A stretch of DNA of 64,000 nt from Octopus sinensis (GCF_006345805.1 NC_043000.1:131130001-131194000); one strand, 5' to 3'; counted from the first letter of the stretch, positions 13,341-27,149 are shown. A program made the numbers and translations. Notes: a model not told the origin generated them from the letters alone.

Positions 13341-13759
13341 ACGCCTTTTCTAAAGATCGAGCAGTAAATAAAAGCCAGAAATTAATAAGATCCTATTTTC
13401 CTTCTCCTTTAGGTGCCTTCGTTTGTATAATAAATTGATATTGCAGTAATGTAGTCAATAAGTAATCGAAAACAACCTAGTGGCTTTGAGTTCTTGTTTT
13501 GAACTTTACTCCCAACAGACTAACTAGTGTTTTATATTATCAAAGCACAAGAGGCTGAAGATTAAGTTGACCTCAGTGAAACATAATATCTAATTTGTAT
13601 TTAGTATCATATTTACTGGATTTTCCTTTATCTGATCTGAGTTATTTAATGACAATTTCATAACTATAAATACGAGAATCACAAATATATAGTGTGGTAA
13701 AGTGTAAGACTACCTACCAGTTGAAGAATTAGTGGTCTACATGCTGTCATTAGTGCTGC

Positions 13760-14084
13760 ACAATGTCCTTAACCAAGTCTTTTGCCTCTTGTTGCAAGGT
13801 CTGCCTATTTGTAAATCAATACTATGATGTAGGTAAGCAGCCAGAGCAGTGGACAATTAACTATTGTTTTGATAGCTTGCAGCACTGAGTTCAATCTTAT
13901 GTAGAAGTATCAGCAGACCCATTACAATGTATTCTTCCCACAGATGCTTCATCCATAAAGTTTTCAGTTATTGTCTATAACCAATGATGGATTCTTTGAC
14001 ATTAAGAATGGACATGTAATCAATTCCAACAGAACCAATAATTTTATTCAAGGCATCAGAAATATGATACAAGAATACCAATTT
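13760..14084 (-). mobile_element. Possible decayed hAT (Charlie/Buster-like) transposase fragment
   Basis: A single frame with stops, LYHISDALNKIIGSVGIDYMSILNVKESIIGYRQ*LKTLW, resembles the YLxDIFxxLNxLNxSLQG...KLxLW segment. Weak. Confidence 0.3.
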
Positions 14085-14097
14085 GCAAGATACAAGG

Positions 14098-14392
14098 AAT
14101 AAAGGAGCACTCCGTCAGTTACGACGACGAGGGTCCCAGCTGATAATGTGCAAGTGGCTGGGCATTCCACAGACACATGTACCCCTAACATAATTCTCAG
14201 GGAGATTCAGTGTAACACAGAGTGGGAGAAGGCTGGCCCTTTGAAATACAGATACTACTCATTTTTGCCAGCTGAGTGGACTGGAGCAACGTGAAATAAA
14301 GTGTCTTGCTCAAGGACACAACTCACCGCTGGGAATTGAACTCACGACCTTACAATCGTGAGCCGAATGCCCTAACCACTAAGCCACGCACA
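14098..14392 (-). mobile_element. SINE family C with a 13-bp TSD
   Basis: tRNA-like head TGGCTTAGTGGTTAGGGCATTCGGCTCACG...GAGTTCAATTCC and a GAGCAAGACACTTTA domain; TSD GCAAGATACAAGG at 14085-14097 and 14393-14405. Confidence 0.88.
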
Positions 14393-14699
14393 GCAAGATA
14401 CAAGGTATATTACCCAATTAAATATTAAACCCCTTAATTTATTTGCTAATTATATTTTTCCACCTACAGCCATATTACTAAAGCATGCCAATAAAATTAT
14501 TCCTGTTTATAAGACATCTCTTTTCCTGAATTGAATGCCAGCAAAGCAAATATTTTGTTTATGAGCAGATTCAAGCAAATTAATAATGCATTGGTCTTTC
14601 TCCTACAATATTGCTTACAACATATGGTGGCCCGATGAAGGAATCTCTGCATGATCTCAGTCTTATTTGTGTCTATGATGCATAATAGCAATATATGTC

Positions 14700-15168
14700 A
14701 CTCTGGTCGAAGTTTTTCTTGCTTGAGAAAAACCAAATTAAATCTTCTTCTGCTGGATTTTTCAGAGCTAATGTAGTGATTTTCTTTTGCTTTTTGCTTT
14801 TTCTAAATTGACTATTCCTCATCACATAAGACTTATATCTGATGGTTTATGGACAGCATTCCTGACTGTTCATTCTGACATATGGAGATCTTTTGCTATT
14901 GACCTCATGGACTTTCTGGGATTGTAATCAATGGTCTGTTGAACTTACTGGATAAATTCAAGTGTCCTGATGATTTCAGCTTTTTATGCTTTGATACTGG
15001 TGATATGTTTCCATCTTCAGTCTCTAGCGCCTTACAATCTTTGTAGATGGAAGATCCGGCAACTTTTAAAAATCAAGATATTTCTAAATTGCTATGCTCA
15101 GCCTTTATAACCACAATAACAGCATGCCTCTTCATTTCTTGAGTAAGATGAGGGTCTGTTTTCTTGGC
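14700..15168 (-). mobile_element. Degenerate Tc1/mariner (maT/DD37D-like) transposase fragment
   Basis: Frameshifted peptides [63 protein letters not shown] and EEDLIWFFSSKKNFDQ. Confidence 0.7.
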
Positions 15169-15180
15169 AATAAATAAATA

Positions 15181-15249
<69 letters not shown>

Positions 15250-15250
15250 G

Positions 15251-15282
<32 letters not shown>

Positions 15283-16736
15283 TACAACAGGCTTCTTTCA
15301 GTTTCCATTTCCCAAATCCACTCACAAGGCTTTGGCCAGCTCAACACTAAAGTAATGCAAGTTTGCCCATGGTACCATGCAGTGGGACTGAACCTGGAAC
15401 CATGTGGTTGGGAAGCAAGCTTCTTACTACACAGCCACACTATTTTTGATAGTATCTCTGACACGATAGTGTTAAAGCAGTTAATGATTGTTTTATGACA
15501 TCCCTATATGTACAACACCATATCCAAATCTGCAGTATAAAAATCGAATTCCTTTTAAAATCAGAATAGCTTGACTTCCTCTTTGGGATCAGATATGGTT
15601 TAAAAAAAATTCAATCTGAAAGAGAATCAATAAAATATATATCTATTGCCAGGAATGTAACAGAAATAACTTCAATAACCCATTTGAGTTTTGTGACAGT
15701 GTATTTAGTATTTCACATATTATGCATAAAATATCATATAGTACATATCCTACTACGGAAGTTATGTAATTCACCTCATTTCATGAAGGTCACACTTCAT
15801 GTCATAAATAGTATCTGCTATATATCACATGCTTTAAAGTACATTCTATACAGTATTTGCCATGCAGTACATGTATGTATAAAGCATGTTATCAGATAAG
15901 TTGACTGCTTAATGTTTGGTTAGTAAACAACCAACCAAGAAATTTGTTTTGCAGTCTTTTGTTAGTATTATGTTATGTCTGACTAATAAATATTCTTAAT
16001 TCTCAAATGGCACTGTTCACCTTGCTAAAAATAGGTAATACCGGATAGGGTTGAGTCATTGATTTTGGCAAAAACTGGTAATGATATTCATATTTTTGTC
16101 ATTATCAAGCTGGTTATTTGGAGCATAAGTTAACATAATATATTAAAGTAAGGCCTTGATTTATATCATTTAATACTTTTGCATTTGTTTCTATTCGTTT
16201 TAAGAATCGTCTTTTTTATTTTGTAATTTTTTTAGTTGTTTTAATCATTTGACTGTAGCCTTCAAGAATTTTTAGCCAAATGAATCAACCCAAGTATTTA
16301 TTTTTCTTTTAAAACTTGGTACTTTTTCTATTGGTTTCCTTTGCTGAACTACTAAGTTACTGGGATGTAAACACACCAAGACTGGTTGTCAAGCAGTGGT
16401 GTGGGGGCAAACACAGATACAAACACATACACACACATACATACATACATGTGTGTGTGTGTGTGCAAGCACATGGTCTTGTGGTTAGGCTGTTGCACTC
16501 ATGATTGCTAGATCGTGGATTCAATTCCTTGATGGGGCAGTACATTTTGTCCTTGAGCAAAACACATCATTTCACATTGCTCCAGTCTCCCTTCTATCAG
16601 TGGGGACTGTTGGCTTCTCACCGAACCAGCGGGGTGGCATCATTTGGAGGTTAAAACAATGCAAAAGCACTTTGTGACCAGCAATGTGTAACAACATTTG
16701 ATAGCCTGGTCAGTCACATGATATATATTTATATAT

Positions 16737-18110
16737 CATCATCATCATTTAACATCCACTTTCCATGCTGACATGGGTTGGACGATTTGATTGAGGATTG
16801 ACAAGCTGGGCGGCTGCACCAAGCACCAATCTGATTTGGCAACGTTACTACAGATGGATGCCCTTCCTAACAGCAACCACTCTGAGAGTGTAGAGGGTGC
16901 TTTTTATGTGCCACCAGCATGGGAACCAGTCAGGTGGTACTGGTATTGGCCATACTCAAATGGTGCTTTTTACATGCCACCAGCATGGGTGCTAGTCAGT
17001 TGGCACTGGCATTGGCCACAATTACGATTCCCTTGGTTCAACAGGTCTTCACAAGCATGGGATATTGCCCGACGATTGAAGGGTGCTTTTAAATTAGCTG
17101 GTTATGTGACACAGGCATTGACCATGGCTATGTCCTCACTTGGCTTGCCAGGTCTTCTCAAGGGCAGAATATCTCCAAAAGTCATGGTCGCTTGTCATTG
17201 CCTCTGTGAGGCCCATCATTCGAAGGTCGTGCTTCACCACCTCATCCCAGGTCTTCCTGGGTCTACCTCTTCCACAGTTTCCCTCCATTGTTAGGGTGTG
17301 ACATTTTTTCACACAGCTGTCCTCATCCATATGTAACACATGACCATACCAACACAGTCGTCTCTCTTGCATACCACATCTGATGCTTCTTATGTCTAAC
17401 TTTTCTCTCAGGGTGCTTACACTCTGTCGTGTATGCACAGACATTACACATCCAGTAGATCATGCTAGCTTCATTTCTTTCAAGCTTACACATGTTCTCA
17501 GCAGTTACAGCCAATGTTTCACTGCTGTGTAGCATGGCTGTTCGCACACAGCCTAGCTTTCACTCTGAGTAAGAGGTCTTTGTTGCCAGCAGAGGTAGGA
17601 GCTCCTTGAAATTTTGCCCAGGCTATTCTTATTCTAGCAGCTACGCTCTCAGGACATCCAACTTGGTCACCTAGGTAATGTAAGCTATCAACTTCTTCTA
17701 GTTTTCTTCCCTGGCATGTAATGGAATCTATTATCTGTACATCTTCGGAGTTTATTGCCTCTGTGCATCTGCCACAAAAAAACTATCTTCCCAGTTAATC
17801 TTCCTTTAATATTGCTACACCTCTTATGTGTCCATAGCTTATACTGAGTACATCTTATGAAGTTTCTACCTATACCCTTTCTACAGATCAAGTAGGGCCA
17901 TCTGTGTGAAGGTATTTGTGATTTGCCTGCCTTCCTACTTACTAAGACTTTGGTTTTTTGCTAGGTTGACTCGAAGGCCCTTCAATTCTAGACCTTGCTT
18001 CCATGCCTGAAACTTCTTCTCTAGTTCAGCTATTAGAGCAAAGCCACCAACATAGAGGTGCTCTCAGGGGCAGTTTGTCTTAAATTCCTCTGTTATTACC
18101 TGGAGGACTA
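16737..18110 (-). mobile_element. 5'-truncated RTE-clade LINE
   Basis: C-terminal ORF peptide IRCGMQERRLCWYGHVLHMDEDSCVKKC...GRGRPRKTWDEVVKHDLRMMGL, then a 3' UTR with GGATGCCCTTCCTAAC and a (GAT)n tail. Confidence 0.88.
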
Positions 18111-18129
18111 TAATGAATGAGAGTATATA

Positions 18130-18176
<47 letters not shown>

Positions 18177-18181
<5 letters not shown>

Positions 18182-18549
18182 ATATAAAATCTGTTCTGTC
18201 TGTTTGTGTGTGTCTTCTAGGATCTTGGGCATCCTCCATCTGATTGTGCTCAAATTTGATATGTAGACACCAACAGTATCAGGGCATGTATAAGTCTTGA
18301 AAAAATGAATGCAATCAATAAAGCCGTGGGGACGTGCATTTGTATGCGCAATAAAATCGTTTTTCTTGGAATAGAAAAAAAGTCTATCTTTATTTCTTCT
18401 TTTGCTGGTGTCTCAAATTTGGCTTAAATCAGTATTTCGCAAAGGGGAGGCCTATGGGACAGTCAGACAAGTTGTTCTGAGAATATTTGGTTTAAATGTT
18501 TGACAACTCAGCACCGTCCATTGGATGAGTGGGGGAGAGTTTTGCTCGT
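18177..18549 (+). mobile_element. Helitron-like non-autonomous element, family 2
   Basis: TATAAAATCTG 5' region, degenerate 3' hairpin CCGTCCATTGGATG and a CTCGT end. Homologous in reverse to 44381-44895. Confidence 0.55.
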
Positions 18550-19838
18550 ATATATATATATATATATATACAACAAACTTCTTTCAGTTTCCATCTACCA
18601 AATCCACTCACAAGGCTTTGGTTATATGAGTCTATAGCAGAAGACACTTGGCCAAGGTGCCATATCAGAGGGACAAAACCCAGAACTGTAACTGAGAAAC
18701 AAACATCTTACCACACAACCGTGCTTGTGCCTCTTTACTATACAAGAATTTAGTAAAATAATTTTGTCATTAGTAAATTAGTATTTGGAATATAAATTAG
18801 CATAAAATTTTGCTGGAAGGTTTTAATTAAGATCGCTATAAAACAGGGAGTTTGTATCATAGAAAGAAGGGTAGTTTCACGTGGGTTGGTTGAAAAGGGT
18901 TAAAAGTAAAACTACTCAGATTATTCACTGTCATGTGGCAGCAGTTATGATAATAGATAGCCCCATATCTACAAGCAACACCCCCCACCACCATCACCAC
19001 CACTACCATCATGTAATCTTTCCCTTCATCACTACCAAAACTTTTACCTCCTTCACCACTATTATAAACTGGACCTTTACTCTCGCTACCACCACCACCA
19101 CCACCACCACAACCACTACTACCACCATTTAATTCTCCTTGTCATTTTCACCTCCACCTTCACCACTAACACCACCACCCATCTTCACCAGCACCACCGA
19201 TAGCTTTGAGAGAAGACCTTACCGGCATCACAACTGACACCACCACCACCACCACCACTACAATTACTACTACTACTACACACACACACCAGCACCACCG
19301 TCTTCACCAGCACCACCACTAGCTTTGAGAGGAGACCATACCGTCATCACCACTGACACCACCACCACCCCAGCACCACCACTACTACTACTACTACTAC
19401 TACACACACACACACTCACACATACAAAACACACAACACACACACAGAACATAGTTGTGAAGATATGTATGAGTTGTGGCATGTCTACTTGCAAATGTTT
19501 GGGAAATGTCAGAAAGTATTCTTGTTAGCTAATACATGGGGGCGATGAAGGGGCAGAGAGAGGTTTCAAAGAAGATATACAACCCCCGTCTCTGTTTCAG
19601 ACAGAACACCAGCCAGGGTGTTTCTTGTAACAGATTATCAGCTGTACTTATATTAAATATGGCCGTTATATTGGGTGGGAGAGAGGCAGAAGGATGAGGA
19701 GAAGACTGGGAAATGTTGCATGGCCTTTAGAAGAGTTACTGAATAGAGAATGAAGAGAAAAAAATACTTAAAAAAGACATTATTTTTTTTTCTCCTGTGA
19801 TTTAAAATAGTCATCTTATTTTTCTTCCTCTCTCTCCC

Positions 19839-19891
<53 letters not shown>

Positions 19892-19935
19892 CTTTCTTCC
19901 TCTGTGTTTTTCTTCTAGAAATTCTTTTATCCTTT

Positions 19936-19938
19936 CAT

Positions 19939-19974
<36 letters not shown>

Positions 19975-20275
19975 GTTTAACGTCCGTTTTCCATGTTAGC
20001 ATGGGTTGGACGGTTCAACTGGGGTCTGGGAAGCCAGAAGGCTGTGCCAGGCTCCAGTCTGATCTGGTAGTGTTTCTACAGCTGGATGCCCTTCCTAACG
20101 CCAACCACTCCATGAGTGTAGTGGGTGCTTTTTACGTGCCACCTGCACAGGTGCCAGACGAGGCTGGCAACAGCCACAATCGGATGGTGCTTTTTACGTG
20201 CCACCGGCACGGAGGCCATTCGGGGCGGCACTGGCAATGGCCACGTTCGGATGGTTCTCTTACGTGCCACCGGCA
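19936..20275 (-). mobile_element. RTE 3'UTR-type element
   Basis: (CAT)n then CGTTTAACGTCCGTTTTCCATG...GGATGCCCTTCCTAACGCCAAACCAC. Confidence 0.75.
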
Positions 20276-20457
20276 CTGTTGTTTCAGTCAATTGACTGCA
20301 GCTATGCTGATGTTAGTACTTATTCGAAGTCTGGTAATTATTCTGACTCTTTTTGCCAAACTCCTAAAGTGCAGTATTATAGAAAGAAGCAACAGCTATT
20401 TTTTAAGCTGGGGGGGGGGGCAATGAAAATAAATAATCATACTGATATATACACAAA

Positions 20458-20865
20458 TAGGCATAGCAGTGACTGCGTGTTAAGTAGCTTGCTTACCAGC
20501 CACATGGTTCCGGGTTCAGTCCCACTGCGTGACATCTTGGGCAAGTGTCTTCTATTATAGCCTTGGGCCTCTTGAGTGGATTTGGTAAACAGAAACTGAA
20601 AGAAGCCCATCGTGTATATATGTAAAAATATGTTTATGTGTATGTGTATGTCTATGTTTGTGTGTCTTTGTTTGTCCACCCAATATCGTTTGACAACTGA
20701 TGCTGGTGTGTTTGCCAAACCCCGTAACTTAGCGGTTCAGCAAAAGAGACTGATAGAATATGTACAAGGCTTCCAAAGAATAAGTCTTGGGGTCGATTTG
20801 CTTGGCTAAAGGTGGTGCTCCAGCATGGCCACAGTCACATGACTGAAACAAGTAAAAGAGTAAAT
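20458..20865 (+). mobile_element. SINE family A
   Basis: Full copy. Confidence 0.8.
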
Positions 20866-20884
20866 ACATAATATATCTATATAT

Positions 20885-21200
20885 AACTGGCTCCTGTGCC
20901 AGTGGTACATAAAAGGCACCATTCGAGTGTGGTCATTGCCAGTGCCACCTGACTGGCTCCCATGCCAGTTGCATGTAAAAAGTACCCACTACATTCTCAA
21001 AGTGGTCGGCATTAAGAAGGGCATCCAGCTGTAGAAACCTTGCCAGATCAGATTGGGGTCTGGCGCAGCCTCCTGGCTTACCAGTCCTCCATCAAACTGT
21101 CCAACCTATGCCAGCATGGAAAGCAGACGTTAAAAGATGTTGATGATGATGATGATTATGATGATGAGGAGGATGAGGATGATGATGATGATGATGATGA
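20885..21200 (+). mobile_element. RTE 3'UTR-type element
   Basis: Reverse-orientation homolog of 19936-20275, ending in (GAT)n. Confidence 0.7.
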
Positions 21201-21861
21201 TATATAGATTTTATTACTACTATTCTTCTCCCTTTGATTGATGTAACCCCACCTGTGTTGTTTTTTTTTTTTTTGGTGTGTGTGTATTGTATCTCATCCT
21301 TTGATATTGTCCTCCATGACTTGAGCCTTTGTGGCCAATAAAGGAAATCATCATTATTATCATTGAGTCTGGAACTGAGACTCAAGTTATGAGCCAAACT
21401 CTCAGTTTCAACTTCAATAAAAAAAAAACATCTCTTTAACAACTTATACTGAGCACTCCATTCTTATTCATCCTCAAATACCAAAATATTTATTCGTTCA
21501 TAAATCTGTTACATAATATAAATCACGTCAGATATTTTAAACAACTGGCAGTTAAAAATTGATGTGCCTGATGAAAAGGTTTGGTTACATAATTTATATC
21601 ATGTAATACATTAATGAACAAATAAATAGCTTAACTATGGAAATGCACATTGCATAATTTGAACAAAATCTACATGCTCTTCATATATTTTTATTATTAT
21701 TTACACTGCATTTAATGTATAGCATTTGTTGCTACATACGTTGGATTTATGGAATACTTACATCATTTAACTATTGAAATATTATGTTGCTTGTTCTCAG
21801 ACAGATAGGCAAAGATAAAGATATATAGATATGTACATTTATGTATGTATGTATGTATGTA

Positions 21862-23109
21862 TTGGATTGGCAACTAAGTTCCTGCCGTTTTAAAAAATTT
21901 TGGAATCTATTTTTTCGAGAATTCTATTTTTGAATCATTTTGGAATCTATTTTGTTTTGGGTTTTTTTTTTCTAGTTAATTTTAGTTAATCTTTGTTTAT
22001 TTTCAGATCATTAAAATGGAATGTAAAGTTAAGAAAAACGAGCATTTTCAACACCTCCTTATTTTTGCTTTTAATCAAGGTTCTAAGGCCGCAAAAGCTG
22101 CTCGCGACATTTGTGCTGTGTATGGAGAGGGTGCCATAGCTAAAAGAACCACTCATGATTGGTATGCCAAATTCAAAAAGGGAAATTTTGACCTCAAAGA
22201 CGTACCTCATTCTGGCCATCCAGTTGAGTTCAATGAAGAGCGATTAAACCAACTTTTGCATGAAAAATCTCATGAAATGACAAGGGAAATGGCAGACAAA
22301 ATGGAATGCTCCCACACTGCTATAGAGAAGCATCTTCACTCGATGCGAAAGGTTCAGAAGTATAGAGCATGGGTTCCGCATGCTGAGTCACAATCTCCAC
22401 TGGTTTGCTTGCTCATCACCACTCAACTCATGGACATAAGCAACGATTTCTTTACTGAATCATTACTGGTGACGAAAAATTATGCTTGTACATCAATACG
22501 AAGCAGCGTAAGGAATGGCTTAGCCCCGGTAAATAAGTGACACTGCGTGTGAAAGAAGTTCTTCATCCACGTAAAATGATGTTGTGTGTATGATAGGACT
22601 GGGAAGGGATTATCCATTATGAATTGCTTGAATGGAACCAAACAGTTAACGCAGAACTCTATGCTCAACAGATGGAACGACCCAACATGGCTATTCAAGA
22701 GAAAAGACCTAATCGGCAGCATGGAGTTCTGCTGCACAACAACGCCTGCCCTCATATCACCAATATGACCAAGGAAGCCATTCAAATGCATGGCTGGGAA
22801 GTACTGCCACACCCACCATACTCTCCTGCTTTGGCACCAATGGATTTCCACCTCTTTCAATCTCTTTCAAATGCTATATGCGGAGTTTTATTCAATATTG
22901 ATGCAGAATTGAGAGCTTGGTTGGATCAATTTTTAGAGTTGAAATCTGGTGATTTCTACCACGAGGTATTGAAAATCTTGTTGAACATTGGGAAGAAATT
23001 GTAAACAACAAGGGTGAATACATTATTGATTAATTAGTTGTTATTTTTTATTAAACCTTTTAAAAAATTCAAATTTAAAAAAACGGAGGGAACTTAGTTG
23101 CCAACCTAA
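21862..23109 (+). mobile_element. Near-full-length mariner (DD34D-type) transposon with disrupted transposase
   Basis: About 30-bp TIRs (TTGGATTGGCAACTAAGTTCCTGCCGTTTT / reverse complement TTAGGTTGGCAACTAAGTTCCCTCCGTTTT) flanked by TA. Transposase fragments MECKVKKNEHFQHLL...WVPHA, IITGDEK and HPPYSPALAPMDFHLF lie in different frames, and HDNA is mutated to HNNA. Confidence 0.92.
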
Positions 23110-23121
23110 TATGCATGTATG

Positions 23122-23155
<34 letters not shown>

Positions 23156-23296
23156 TGTATGTATGCATGTATGTATGTATATATGTATGTATGTATGTAT
23201 ATATGCATGTATGTATGTATGAATGTATGTACCTATGTACGTATGTATGTGTATGTGTATGTATGTATGTATGTATGTATGTATGTATGTATGTAT

Positions 23297-25650
23297 GATC
23301 ATTTCGTGTCTCCTTTCTATTGAGTTGGATGCTTCAAAAGGATCCAACAAGTTAGAAGACCATCTCTCATCACAACATCTCACTTTTGGCATGGTTTCTA
23401 CAGTTGGATGTCATTCCTAAAACCAACCACTTTACAGATTGCACTAATAGCATTATTTCATACTACCCTGTCTCATCATAAACAACACGCTGCAAAAATA
23501 TTTAAATTCTTTACAAATGTTAAAAGTTTCTCAATCATTGATGACCTCTTATGTGGCCCCGCCCCCATATATGTAACATTGCTAAAAGTGCATCTTAAAG
23601 AATGGAGTTCTTGTTGTCTTGGTTCTCAGTCATCTCTTCTGTGAGGCCCAACATCTGAAGATCGTTTTTCACCACTTCATCCCACACCTTCCTAGGTCTT
23701 CCTCTGCCACAGGTTTCATCCACATTTAGAGATCAGCACTTCTTTATGCAGCTGTTTTGATCCATACACATCAGATGACCACACCAATGCAGACTTCTCT
23801 CTTGTATTCTGCATCTAATGCCTCTTATACGCAGTTTTTCTCTCAGAGCATTTACACTGGGTCATCCTATTAATAATACGGGTATTTTATACTTCTTTTA
23901 TTTTTACAAAATTACGATAAACAAAGTTCTTTTTTAATCTAAAATATACTCTCCTTCATTTTCTACAATGCTCTTCCATCTATTCGGTAGACTTTCAAGG
24001 CCCTTCTTCCAAAATTCACTTGTCCTTGATGAAAAATACTCCCCCAGTACTGTTCTAACCTCATCTACAGAATTCATATATTTTTCCGTTCAAATGATTT
24101 TGAACACTGCAGAATAAATGATAATCAGATGGGGCAATGTCCAGATATGGTGAGTTGGGTAGTGTTTCCCATTCAAACTGCTCCAGCCTTTGGAATGTCA
24201 TCCCCGCTGTATGTGGCCGAGCATTATCCTGAGGGAAAAACACTTTTCATTGTGAAACCAAAGATAGTCGTTTTTCTTCTACTGCTGACTTGAATGGCCA
24301 AATCCAAGCTTCTTTGCTAGTTCCTCAACAGTTGCAATGGGATTTTGCTCCACCAGGGTTTGCAGGATGTCCTTGTTGAGCTCTAGAGATCTTCCAGACA
24401 AGGCTTATCTTCTAGGCTATATTTTTCAGCTCAGAATTTCTGGAACCACCATTGACACTGGCTTGTGCTTATTGTCTGATCCTCATATACTGCATTGATA
24501 TTCCTCACACTTTCCATTGCATTGTTACCTTTGTTGAATTCATAAAGCAAAATATGCCAAATATGCTCCTTTGTCACTTCTATTATAGCTTTGAAAAAAT
24601 AATTGTTAAAATCAAACAGCACTCTCACTAAGAATAAAATAAAATGAAATTACTACCTGCTTTTGTAGCAAGTTGATGCAGGTAGATTATCCCCCAACCT
24701 GCCAACTTTTAGCTCATGCAATTGAAAAAACTGCATTATTTATGGGTGACTCAATACTTTGTCATACACGCATGCTGACTCTCCACACCAAGCAGAGCAT
24801 GCTGGTTTCATTTCTTTCAATCTGTTACATGTCGTCTGCATTCACAACCCATGTAGCATAGCTGTTTATACACAGGCATCATATAATCTACATTTCATTC
24901 TGAAGGAGAAACCCTTTACTACCAACAAAGGCAATAACTCTCTGAAGTCCACCAAGCTGATTCTTATTCCAGCAACTACACTTTCAGTGCAATCTCCCCC
25001 ACTACAAATTTGGTCACCTTGGTAATGGAAATTGTCTACTACTTCTAAAGGTCCCTCTGGGCATTTAAGGAAATCTGTGGGTTTTGGTGTTTATTATTCC
25101 TGCACATCTGCCACACACAAAGACTACTTTCTTTGTTAATCTTCCTTTGGTTCCACTGCATCTCTTATGTGTCCATAGCTTGCATTGGGTACACTGTATG
25201 GAATTTCTACCTACACCTTTTTTACATATCAAACAGGGTTATTTCCCTGAAGGGATCAATAATTTGTCTACTCTCCTGCTTACCATTACTTTAGTCTTTG
25301 CTAAATTAACTCTAAGACCCTTTGATTCCAGTCCTTGCTTCCACACCTGAAATTTCTTCTCTAATTCTCTCAGAGATTCAGCTATAAGAACAAGATCCTC
25401 AGCATAAAAGAGCTTCCTTGGGCAAGGAGTTTTAAATTCCTCAATTATAGCCTGGAGGACTGTAATAAACAAGAGGGGGCTGAAAACTAATCTTTTGTGT
25501 ACTATGTGCACACTAAATTCATTGCTCTACTAATTGTTGACTTTCACTTTACTGACAGCATCCCTGTAAATGGCTTAGATGACTTTCACCAGCCTCTCAT
25601 CTACTCCTAGCATCTACATCAACCACCAGATGAGGGCTTTCTCCATGTCA
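23297..25650 (-). mobile_element. RTE-clade LINE interrupted by the mariner at 23857-24754
   Basis: RT peptide FSPLLFITVLQAIIEEFKTPCPRKLFYAEDLVLIAES...GLRVNLAKTKVM. The sequence on both sides of the mariner is colinear with the 16737-18110 copy. Confidence 0.8.
23857..24754 (-). mobile_element. Internally deleted mariner (Hsmar1/cecropia-like) inserted into an RTE LINE
   Basis: Peptides KEHIWHILLYEFNKGNNAMESVRNINAVY...QWWFQKF and QDNARPHT...YLDIAPSDYHLF. Degenerate TIRs (TTGAGTCACCCATAAATAATGCAG), with TA at 24755-56. Confidence 0.85.
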
Positions 25651-26095
25651 ACAAATCCTAGTCACGCAGTGGGACTGAACCTGAAATGACAGGATTGCAA
25701 AACAAACTTCTTCAACATTACATCTATACAGGAACTAATTCAAGATAAATCAAAAACAATGATCAAAGTCTGACCTTAAAAATTGTGGCTCTAAAAATAT
25801 TACATTGTAAATTTATTGCTCAGGGTGTCAAAAACTAGTTGTTTTTTAAACCTGATGAAATTGAGGAAAAAATTACAAAACGAACATTTTAATTTGCATA
25901 ATATTTAAATATTTATACTATAGATATGAAGTTTAGAAAATGTATATTATAACTTTCAAACTAACCTTTGATCTGTTTGTTACTAAACAAAATTGAATTT
26001 ATTCATTATGATTACAAAGATAATAAAAAACGGTTAGCAAAAAGATGTGTGTGTGCGTGTTTATGTGCATATATGTATGTATATATATATATATA

Positions 26096-26258
26096 GGTGC
26101 AGGAGTGGGTGTGTGGTAAGTAGCTTGCTTACCAACCACATGGTTCTGGGCTCAGTCCCACTGTGTGGCACCTTGGGCAAGTGTCTTCTACAATAGCCTC
26201 GGGTTGACCAAAGCCTTGTGAGTAGATTTGGTAGACAGAAACTGAAAGAAGCCTGTCG

Positions 26259-26290
<32 letters not shown>

Positions 26291-26643
26291 TGTATGTATG
26301 TATGTATGTATGTATGTATGTATGTATGTATGTATGTATGTATGTATGTATGTATGTATGTATGTATGTATGTATGTATGTATGTATGTATGTATGTATG
26401 TATGTATGTATGTATGTATGTATGTATGTATGTATGTATGTATGTGTGTCTGTGTTTGTCCCCCCACCATCACTTAACCAATGTTATTGTGTTTACATCC
26501 CCATGACATAGCAGTTTTAGAAAAGAGACTGATAGAATAATTACTAAACTTACAAAAAGTCTTGGGGTGGATTTGTTTGACTAATGGTGGTACTCCAGCA
26601 TAGCCACAGTCTATTTACTGAAACAAGTAAAAGAATAAGAGAA
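26096..26643 (+). mobile_element. SINE family A with an internal (TATG)46
   Basis: Full copy; pure TATG array at 26261-26444. Confidence 0.85.
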
Positions 26644-27149
26644 TATATAAATATATATACATACAGGGAGAAAGAGAGAGTTAGTTAAAGTCATCATCAT
26701 CATCATCATCATCACCATAATGATGAAATAATTAAGAACTTTGACAGAGTGAAAAGTCTGTAAGTAGTGGGAGCAACAGGTAATTAATAAATCCCTTTTT
26801 AGCTTGCAGTACTGAATTCAAACTCTCTTAATGCTAGCTGATGATCTTATAAATATTTGTCTATAGAGTGTGTAACCGAACGATGGATTATTCTGCATTT
26901 TTTTTTCTTTTCTTTTGGCCATTTTTTGTCAGTTGCTGGCTCTCAGAGAAGGGACAGTGTCCATAGCTATCACAGGTCTTCCAAGGCTGGTCAAAATGAT
27001 GCCATTAATTTTCCACTTAAATTACACCATCATCAATAAATGTTTAATCTCACTGCTCCTGTTTTCTAAATAATTAATTTGAGCAATTTTTATCTTCATT
27101 GCAGTTCACCATGGTTTTCGAAATGAATTCTTGTTGATTCGGAACTAAT

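Noticed and set aside
13968-14096. Apparent plus-strand exon (LLSITNDGFFDIKNGH...ARYK) with a donor-like AAG|GTATAT after the SINE TSD
   Set aside because: It has no domain similarity or partner exons. The minus strand of the same DNA reads better as a decayed hAT-like transposase.
14497-14691. 64-aa minus-strand ORF with protein-like composition
   Set aside because: It has a non-ATG start and no recognisable domain, and it lies at the end of a decayed mariner fragment.
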